This document shows positions 57,834 to 64,000 of a stretch of 64,000 nt of DNA, piece after piece. Made by a program: the position numbers and the translations under genes. The first letter of the stretch is position 1. Each line of letters starts with the position of its first letter. A model generated the notes under the pieces. That model did no database searches. It worked only from the letters and a program-made list of their open reading frames with translations, and was not told the DNA's origin. Source of the DNA: a virus. Taxonomy: Duplodnaviria > Caudoviricetes. The DNA is taken from the IMG/VR virus record IMGVR_UViG_3300014204_013734, positions 288,001 to 352,000 of that record; one strand, given 5' to 3'.

Positions 57834-58691
57834 ATGGCTATGCCCGCGACCGTCAAGTTGTTGGTGATTGATGATGACGCCGAAGACCGCCGCTTGGTCC
57901 ACGACTGGCTAGACGATGCGGATCGGGTCAACTTCAGCGTAGAGGAAGCGTCTACGGCGGAAGAGGGCCTGGAAAAGATGGAAAAAGGCCGGTATGACGT
58001 GGTCCTCCTGGACTATCGTATGCCGGAAAAGGACGGGTTCTGGGTCCTGGAAAGGATGCGTGCCCTTCGTTTGCAAGTCCCTGTTGTCATTGTCACCAGT
58101 CACGGGGACCGTAATGTCCAGACGCAAGCGTTTGAACTTGGCGTTGCGGACTACCTGGAAAAGGGTGCTTTCACTCCTGAACTCCTTGAACGCACTTGTC
58201 TCTATGCCATTGGCCTGAATGAACGGAAAATTTCCGAAACTTCCGGCCCCGGCGTCGGGGTTCTCATGGAACAGTTGGTATCCTTGACCCGTGATTCTGT
58301 CAAGGCCCAGTCTGATACGGCCCAGGAAATCCGGGAAATGCGCCGGGAACTGGCGTCAGGATTTGCATCGGTCAAGGAACAAGCGTCTGAACACGATAAA
58401 AACTGCCAGGACAGGAATACGGCGGTCGTCGGAAAAATAGAAGAACGGGATGCTCCGAAGGGCAAATGGCTTCTGGATTGGATTGCGGTTCACCCGCTTG
58501 CAACCCTGATTCTTGCCCTTATCCTTCTGGCTTCTATTCTCGCACTTGGAGTATTGATTCCCTTGTGGGCGGAACACGTCACGGCGGACCAACTCAAAGT
58601 GTTGAAAGGTTGTGGGATGTTGCTCTTTTTTCCCGTAATGGGATGGGAAGTACACAATGAATCTGACGGAAACGGATCGCAAGGAACTTGA
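57834..58691 (+). CDS. Receiver-domain protein fused to a coiled coil and C-terminal TM segments
   Basis: IDDD, LLDYRMP, VTS and YLEK receiver motifs; hydrophobic LATLILALILLASILALGVLIPLW. Confidence 0.85.
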   Translation: MAMPATVKLLVIDDDAEDRRLVHDWLDDADRVNFSVEEASTAEEGLEKMEKGRYDVVLLDYRMPEKDGFWVLERMRALRLQVPVVIVTSHGDRNVQTQAFELGVADYLEKGAFTPELLERTCLYAIGLNERKISETSGPGVGVLMEQLVSLTRDSVKAQSDTAQEIREMRRELASGFASVKEQASEHDKNCQDRNTAVVGKIEERDAPKGKWLLDWIAVHPLATLILALILLASILALGVLIPLWAEHVTADQLKVLKGCGMLLFFPVMGWEVHNESDGNGSQGT

Positions 58692-60330
58692 ACTTCACAA
58701 GGCGCTTATTGAATTGGGTGGACGCCTTATCAGGAACACGATATCCTTGGAAGAAATGGCATGGTTGGTATTAACCCCGGTCATGCGGTTGACGGGAACT
58801 ACCGTCGGATTTGTGTCCTACATCGACCCGGAAACCAAGGAAAATGTAGGATTCCTGAACGCCCCTGGAATTGCAGCTTGCGTAGAACAGAACCAAGGCA
58901 GAATGGTCTTTCGGTTTCCAACCGGCAAGGACGACCCCTTGTGGGGTTTTAGTCAACCGGATACCCGTACAGGTTTTTTCACAAACAAACCCGTCAAGCA
59001 CCAGATATCTAAAAACATCCCTTCCGTCGTTCGTTTTCCCATTGACAATTTCCTTTCCGTTCCTGTCGTAGCCGGTAGCAACCTGTTAGGCCACGTTGCC
59101 TTGGCTAATAAAAAAGGCGGCTTTTCAAACGAAGACATCCGAATCGTCAACCTGTTAGGGGAACTTTACGGTTTGGCTTTAGACCGCAAATTCTACGAAC
59201 AGGCCTTATTGGATGCCGAACACAAGGCAACGGAAAAGCTGAATCATAGGTTCAGGGCATTCATGGAAGCGACTCCCGACCGGTTGCACATCATCTCTTC
59301 AGACGGGGTTTTCCTTGAATCCCACCGGGGAGCCCTTCCCTTCGTGGAGAGTGATCCCTCTAAATATATTGGCAAGACCCTGCATGATTTGTTTCCTGCT
59401 GATGCCGACAAGATGCTGGACAAAGTCCGGGAAGCATTGGCCATGGACGGGACACCGATCATTTGGGAATACACAATATCCCAACTGCCTGATCATGTTT
59501 TTGAAGGCCATCTCATCAAATGTGGTCCTGATGAAGTAATGACCGTCATCAGAGAAGTCACCCAAGCGAAACAGTTGCAGTCCGATCTTGAACGCAAAGT
59601 CGAAGAACGGACTTTGGAACTCAGCCTATCCAATCAAGCGTTGCAGTCCTTCGCCTATGCAGCGTCACACGACCTTCGGGAACCGTTGAACAAGATACGG
59701 GCATATGGGGAACGGTTTGAACGTACACACCCCAACCTAGATGAAAAAGGCAAGGAATACATCGGTGTCATGGTCACGGCGGCCGAACGCCTGGCCCAGT
59801 TGGTAGAGGATCTATTGGTATATTCCAAGGCGGGCGGGAAAGATGAAGCATCCCCGGTTAAAATCCCCCTAAACAGGCTTATTGAAGAAACCTTGGGGGA
59901 TCTTGACGAATCCGTCAAGAATTCCGGCGCCATCGTAGAAGTCGGGGATCTTCCAACGGTTGAAGGTCACGCTGGAACCTTGCGGGCCGTTTTTCAGAAC
60001 GTCTTGTCAAATGCTCTAAAATTCCATAAAGTGGGACAACCCCCGAAAGTTCTGGTGTCGGGAAGGGTAGACGGTAGTATGGCATTCGTGTCTATACAGG
60101 ACAATGGAATCGGTTTTGATCCGGCATACAAGGAAAAAATCTTCGCTATTTTTAACAGGCTTCACACCCGGTTTGAATATCCGGGTACAGGAATAGGGTT
60201 GGCCCTTTGTCGAAGGCTGTTGGCCCAATGCGGCGGAACCGTAACGGCGGACGCCAGACCCAATGAAGGAGCTGTTTTCACGATCCAAATCCCGCTCAAA
60301 TTCTCCTCTGCATTTCCAAAAGGAACCTGA
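58657..60330 (+). CDS. Sensor histidine kinase (GAF-PAS-HisKA-HATPase_c)
   Basis: AASHDLREPL H-box; NALKF, DNGIG and GTGIGL; FLSVP...LANK GAF end. Confidence 0.92.
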   Translation: MNLTETDRKELELHKALIELGGRLIRNTISLEEMAWLVLTPVMRLTGTTVGFVSYIDPETKENVGFLNAPGIAACVEQNQGRMVFRFPTGKDDPLWGFSQPDTRTGFFTNKPVKHQISKNIPSVVRFPIDNFLSVPVVAGSNLLGHVALANKKGGFSNEDIRIVNLLGELYGLALDRKFYEQALLDAEHKATEKLNHRFRAFMEATPDRLHIISSDGVFLESHRGALPFVESDPSKYIGKTLHDLFPADADKMLDKVREALAMDGTPIIWEYTISQLPDHVFEGHLIKCGPDEVMTVIREVTQAKQLQSDLERKVEERTLELSLSNQALQSFAYAASHDLREPLNKIRAYGERFERTHPNLDEKGKEYIGVMVTAAERLAQLVEDLLVYSKAGGKDEASPVKIPLNRLIEETLGDLDESVKNSGAIVEVGDLPTVEGHAGTLRAVFQNVLSNALKFHKVGQPPKVLVSGRVDGSMAFVSIQDNGIGFDPAYKEKIFAIFNRLHTRFEYPGTGIGLALCRRLLAQCGGTVTADARPNEGAVFTIQIPLKFSSAFPKGT

Positions 60331-60335
60331 AACCC

Positions 60336-60779
60336 ATGCCTGAAACCGCCCCTTTAGTCATTTTCGCTGAAGACGACCTTGAAGATTGGGACCTCATCAA
60401 GGAAGTTCTGGAAGAATGTGAAGAGTGCCGATCCGGCGCCCTCAAATATGAACACGTGGTTGATGGGGTCGCCCTGATGGAACGGTTGACCAATCCCGTA
60501 CCTCAAAAACCAGACATGGTGATGCTGGACCTCAAGATGCCAAAGAAAGATGGTGCGGAATCCTTGGAAGAAATCCGGGCAAATCCGGAACTCAGACACA
60601 TTCCGGTCATTATTCTGACCACTTCCCGTTTGGAAGCCGACATCTTTGAAGCTTATCACCGCGGGGCAAATTCCTATGTTGTAAAACCAGTAACGCACGA
60701 CACCATTAAACAAGCACTCCACGATATTCAGTACTATTGGACTAAAGTAGCCGTTAAGCCATCCAAAAACCATGCCTGA
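60336..60779 (+). CDS. Single-domain response regulator (Rcp1-like)
   Basis: AEDD, LDLKMP, LTTS and GANSYVVKP motifs. Confidence 0.92.
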   Translation: MPETAPLVIFAEDDLEDWDLIKEVLEECEECRSGALKYEHVVDGVALMERLTNPVPQKPDMVMLDLKMPKKDGAESLEEIRANPELRHIPVIILTTSRLEADIFEAYHRGANSYVVKPVTHDTIKQALHDIQYYWTKVAVKPSKNHA

Positions 60780-61254
60780 AATGAAGGTTCGTGTTGCCGC
60801 CCGTTGGGTAGGGAAATCAGCAAAGATTCCCGAAGTGGTATACGTGGCGATCTTTCTCCCACCAATGGAAAGTGCCCGTCTGGTCAAGAAATTTGGCAAG
60901 ACACACCCCACTTTTTTAGCCAAACACATGACAATATGGTTTCATGAAGACGGCAGTAAACTTGACTTGGTGAACATGCCTTTTGGAAAAACGATCCCCT
61001 TGAAGATCGTCGGACACGGGGAAAATGACAGGGTCCAAGTAGTTGTAGTGAAACCCCCTGCCGGATTCAAACCCAAAGCAGGTCGTGTGCCCCACATCAC
61101 CATGTCCCTCGCCCCTGGAGCATCCGCCAAAGAATCCAATGCTCTGTTAGCCAACCCAGAAAACATTGTCTGGGAACAAGGGTTACTGACCGTGGAAGGG
61201 AAGTTAGGTTGGTGGGATGGGGAAAGAGAACGGTTTGACTCTCCAAACGGGTAA
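60772..61254 (+). CDS. 2H phosphoesterase with N-terminal RVAARW tag
   Basis: Two HxT motifs: HMTI and HITM. Confidence 0.75.
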   Translation: MPEMKVRVAARWVGKSAKIPEVVYVAIFLPPMESARLVKKFGKTHPTFLAKHMTIWFHEDGSKLDLVNMPFGKTIPLKIVGHGENDRVQVVVVKPPAGFKPKAGRVPHITMSLAPGASAKESNALLANPENIVWEQGLLTVEGKLGWWDGERERFDSPNG

Positions 61255-61309
61255 TCTTCCTACAGGGCAATCCGAATCAGGATTTCCATGAACATATGAG
61301 GTTAACAGC

Positions 61310-61966
61310 ATGTTAACAAGGGATCAAGTTAAGGAACGTATCCATTACCAGAAGGAATCCCTCACCAAATGTCGCAAAGAAATTCCAATCCTTTGCAAGG
61401 AAGCCGCTACAGAAAAAAACGTTTTTAAAAGTAGGGAGTTGGAACACGAAGCAGCACTTAAACAAGGCGGAAAAGGGGTTGTAGGACAAGAACATCGGGA
61501 ATTTCTTCTTGTTTACGCGTGGATGAGAAACCGTCGTTATCGAACTGTGGAACGACGGACGGCAATTGACAACATAGCTGACCGTTTTCTGGCAGAACGT
61601 TCCTTGGAAAAACTTGTACAGAGAGTTGTGCGACACCTATCTGTCGATCGCGAAGTTATCTGGTTTTGGATGACTTTTGATTTCCCTCCAAAGGATATTC
61701 TGGAAGGAAAGGCTTCGTTCATGGTGGCGGAAATCGCGAAGAAAAAGATGGAGGAAGCGGAAAAAGACGTCCAAGAAGCTGAAAAACATTTGGCTAGAGC
61801 CGAAGCACACTTTGTTGCGGAAAAAGCCAGATTGGAAGCCAGTATCGAATGGGCTCAGGAAAACCTGAAAAAAGCAACCGCTGAAGCAACGTACCGCATC
61901 AAGGCTTTCGCTGAAATCAAAGCTGCCGTCGGGAATACAATTCAATCGGGTGTGGTGAAAGGGTAA
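61310..61966 (+). CDS. Hypothetical helical protein, paralogue 1
   Basis: HREFLLVYAWMRNRRYRTVERRT plus coiled coil. Confidence 0.7.
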   Translation: MLTRDQVKERIHYQKESLTKCRKEIPILCKEAATEKNVFKSRELEHEAALKQGGKGVVGQEHREFLLVYAWMRNRRYRTVERRTAIDNIADRFLAERSLEKLVQRVVRHLSVDREVIWFWMTFDFPPKDILEGKASFMVAEIAKKKMEEAEKDVQEAEKHLARAEAHFVAEKARLEASIEWAQENLKKATAEATYRIKAFAEIKAAVGNTIQSGVVKG

Positions 61967-61973
61967 TTTCAGT

Positions 61974-62633
61974 ATGAAACCGGAAGAATTGAAGAAAGAC
62001 ATTAAGTCCTTAACCGTGTCCCTCATTGAATACCGCAAGAACATCAGGAAATTGATCCTTGAGGCCCGGCAGGAGGAAAAGACCGACGCTGATCGGAATA
62101 TCTTACGCGAACGGGCACAAAAGGCTAAGACCAATAAGGATTACTATGGTAGGAAACAGCGTCATCTTCTTCTGGCCTGTGCCTGGTTGCGTAATTACCG
62201 CTACAGGACCGTAGAAGGACGAACGCTGGCCGACAAGGTAAAGGATCCCTGGGAAGCCCGGATGATACGAGAAAACCTTGCGGAAGCCGTTTCTAATCTA
62301 CTCCCTGTTGGAAGACAGGAAGTGCTTACCTGGATGACGGTAGACCTTGAACCTCGGGAAGTTGAACGGAAGCTGTACCTTGAAGCTTTTGAGAAAGCTG
62401 AAAAAGAAGTAGCGGAAACTTCCGGAGAAACAGAATTCGCCCAGTGGTTTTTATGCGAAGTGACTACCTTTGTCAAACAATTGGAAAACAAAGGCGAAGA
62501 ATCTTTCGTTCTGAATTTGGCCAGAAAACAGAAGGAAAAAGCGGCTAAGACATTAGAAAAAACGAAGGCCCTTCTGGCGGGTAAGCAGAGGGCAAGGGAC
62601 CGTGCAAAAGAAGTTGTTTTCCGGGTAGATTAG
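61974..62633 (+). CDS. Hypothetical helical protein, paralogue 2
   Basis: QRHLLLACAWLRNYRYRTVEGRT plus coiled coil. Confidence 0.7.
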   Translation: MKPEELKKDIKSLTVSLIEYRKNIRKLILEARQEEKTDADRNILRERAQKAKTNKDYYGRKQRHLLLACAWLRNYRYRTVEGRTLADKVKDPWEARMIRENLAEAVSNLLPVGRQEVLTWMTVDLEPREVERKLYLEAFEKAEKEVAETSGETEFAQWFLCEVTTFVKQLENKGEESFVLNLARKQKEKAAKTLEKTKALLAGKQRARDRAKEVVFRVD

Positions 62634-62648
62634 TTTGGAAGTTGTTCA

Positions 62649-62676
62649 TTGACAATTGTAGTACCCAAGTTAGTTT
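62649..62676 (+). promoter_or_regulatory. Sigma70-like promoter candidate
   Basis: TTGACA-N16-TAGTTT; predicted start coincides with the first stem of the folded leader. Confidence 0.5.
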
Positions 62677-62679
62677 TAC

Positions 62680-62968
62680 GTTCCCAAAGAAATTCCAATC
62701 TGTAGGGAAAAACGTTTGTTGAAGAATCTTAAAGGAAATCCTTTAGATTCGCGTTTTTTCCATAAAACATCAAAATGATCGTACAGATTCAGGAATTGGG
62801 AACTCTAAGGTTCCCTTCCCACAAAAGAAGTAGGTTCGCGTTCCTAATGATTTCCATAGGTTAGGTAAGATTTTGGGTAAAAACCGTTACTTAAAAACCA
62901 AAGGGTTTTTAGGTTCACGTTTTCATCCCAAAAATCTGAATAATAACATAGGTTTGGAATGGGACCCT
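62680..62968 (+). ncRNA. Candidate structured RNA (two nested stem domains) preceding the mini-array
   Basis: 62680-62704 pairs with 62782-62803; inner stems 62706-62714/62752-62761 and 62724-62750; 62808-62819/62956-62968 encloses 62868-62877/62927-62937 and 62892-62911. Confidence 0.55.
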
Positions 62969-63158
62969 CTTTAAAGGGGTCCGAACCCCCTTTACACGTT
63001 GAAAGTTCCCCCACCGCCACCTGCCGGACCTTGCCATGCTTTAAAAGGGGATCAGGTCCTCTTTTACACGTTGAAAGAAAACACGTTGAACAATGGGCAT
63101 TCCAGCCTCAGCTTCGGTCCTTTCAAGGGGGATACAATCCCCCTTCACACGTTGAATT
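62969..63158 (+). CRISPR. Cas-less CRISPR-like mini-array: 3 divergent hairpin repeats (37-39 nt), 2 spacers
   Basis: Repeats at 62969-63005, 63039-63077 and 63120-63158 share CTTT..AAGGGG-loop-CCYCTT..ACACGTTGAA; spacer 2 matches 63533-63559 at 24/27. Confidence 0.75.
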
Positions 63159-63190
63159 AAAAGCAACCCATAATTCCAATTGTCCCAAAG

Positions 63191-63225
63191 AAGTCCCCTG
63201 GTTCAAAACCACGGGGCTTTTTTTT
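63191..63225 (+). terminator. Intrinsic terminator after the mini-array
   Basis: CCCCTGGTT-CAA-AACCACGGGG stem followed by T8. Confidence 0.75.
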
Positions 63226-63286
63226 GGCTATGGTCTTTACCAAAGTGGAGGGGCATCCCTACCTCCCCAACTTAAGGAGTCTTAAA

Positions 63287-63577
63287 ATGCCTATGCAGGA
63301 CCGACAAGTAACAATCCTGGACGTAATTGCTGATACCGATGGGGCAGCTTTCCTCGTAGGAAGGAAAGGGAATTCCCATCTATTTGTCATTACGATCACC
63401 GGGGCGGCTACCGTCAAGATACAAGGCCGACAAAAAAGCGGTGCTTGGAAGGATTTGACTTCTACGGCAGCGAATGCCGAATTGAACGTTGATGATTACG
63501 GTTGGTGGGAATTTAGGGCCGTTTCATCGGCGATGGGAATTCCTGCCACAGCTTCGGTCGTTTGGAGTTGGACCTAA
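63287..63577 (+). CDS. Small beta-rich probable virion protein; contains the spacer-2 match
   Basis: AAGGAG RBS; ATVKIQG...WKDL pattern. Confidence 0.65.
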   Translation: MPMQDRQVTILDVIADTDGAAFLVGRKGNSHLFVITITGAATVKIQGRQKSGAWKDLTSTAANAELNVDDYGWWEFRAVSSAMGIPATASVVWSWT

Positions 63578-63593
63578 GAAAGGCGTTTTGTAA

Positions 63594-64000
63594 ATGACTG
63601 AAATCAAATATCCCCCAAATGAATCGACCCCGACTGCCCACCATACAACCCACGAACCTGGGGGTTTAGACGAAGTGTTTGGCATCCCTGCCGCACCCCA
63701 TGCGGCAAGCCACCTAACAGGGGCGGACCTGCTTCCCGACGCTACTGGAGTAGCCCGAGGGCTCATGTCGGCGGCATTTGCCGGCAAGGTCAATGCCCAG
63801 TTTTTCATTGACCCGAATTCCATCCACGTCGACAAAAACCGAACTGATGTTTATACCGAAGATGGAAGCCCAACATTCCCTTACAAGACCATTCAGGCAG
63901 GTGTAACCCACGCAGAAACGACGGCCACTTCTTCTAATCCTGTTATGGTGATGGTTGAACCAGGTAATTATGACGAAAACGTGGTCATCCACAAAGACGG
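63594..64000 (+). CDS. Probable tail fibre/spike protein, 3'-partial
   Basis: Hand translation gives HAASH, GLMSA and DGSPTFPYKTIQAGV...VEPGNYDENV (start of a pectin-lyase-like beta-helix). Confidence 0.6.
   Translation, partial: MTEIKYPPNESTPTAHHTTHEPGGLDEVFGIPAAPHAASHLTGADLLPDATGVARGLMSAAFAGKVNAQFFIDPNSIHVDKNRTDVYTEDGSPTFPYKTIQAGVTHAETTATSSNPVMVMVEPGNYDENVVIHKD

Noticed and set aside
63006-63038. Self-target for spacer 1
   Set aside because: Only 11-12-nt matches were found by eye (near 21618 and 45034), which is compatible with chance.
63170-63192. AATTCCAAT and TCCCAAAGAA recurring from 62682-62699 in swapped order
   Set aside because: Short AT-rich words that could arise by chance; not enough to claim alternative pairing.
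57834-63577. cas genes near the mini-array
   Set aside because: No Cas1, RAMP, Cas3 or RuvC motifs were recognised in the flanking ORFs.
1-64000. Genome-wide TAG reassignment (code 15)
   Set aside because: Long genes are intact in the standard code and several end in TAG just before the next gene; only one in-frame TAG was seen.
1-64000. tRNA or rRNA genes
   Set aside because: No cloverleaf with T-loop consensus was found by eye in the intergenic gaps; tRNAscan was not run.
1-64000. Apparent preference for GAA over GAG and scarcity of some palindromic 4-mers (restriction-site avoidance)
   Set aside because: Impression only; it needs k-mer counts against a Markov model, which could not be run.

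Overview
64 kb of a large (jumbo-type) dsDNA phage genome. Most genes are on the + strand, with many ATGA-type overlaps, in the standard genetic code. A cysteine-rich lipoprotein suggests a Myxococcota/deltaproteobacteria-like host (inference). The window holds a replication block: SNF2 helicase and DnaB helicase, each with a LAGLIDADG intein, a stand-alone CHC2 primase zinc finger, and a family A DNA polymerase. It also holds many DNA-modification genes (two C5 MTases, several amino-MTases, two PAPS-reductase-like proteins, a ParB-like protein), nucleotide/NAD/alarmone enzymes (tdk, tmk, MazG, HIT, HD, Nudix, ADP-ribosylglycohydrolase, SLOG), a three-gene two-component system and probable virion proteins. 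The most unusual observations are these. (1) A cas-less transcription unit at 62649-63225: promoter, ~290-nt folded leader, three CRISPR-like hairpin repeats and a terminator; one spacer matches the adjacent phage gene at 24/27 nt. (2) An amino-methyltransferase split over four dispersed genes, with two alternative middle modules and an in-frame TAG directly after the catalytic DPPY, behind a perfect 12-bp hairpin. (3) Two DGR variable-region-like copies, one at the end of a DUF1566 lipoprotein. (4) Six copies of a bipartite motif CGGCTTGGAA-N12-SGGTAG. (5) Short peptide tags shared by unrelated proteins, possibly for capsid targeting or clamp binding. (6) A loopless 46-bp palindrome. All family calls come from motifs read by eye; no searches were run.
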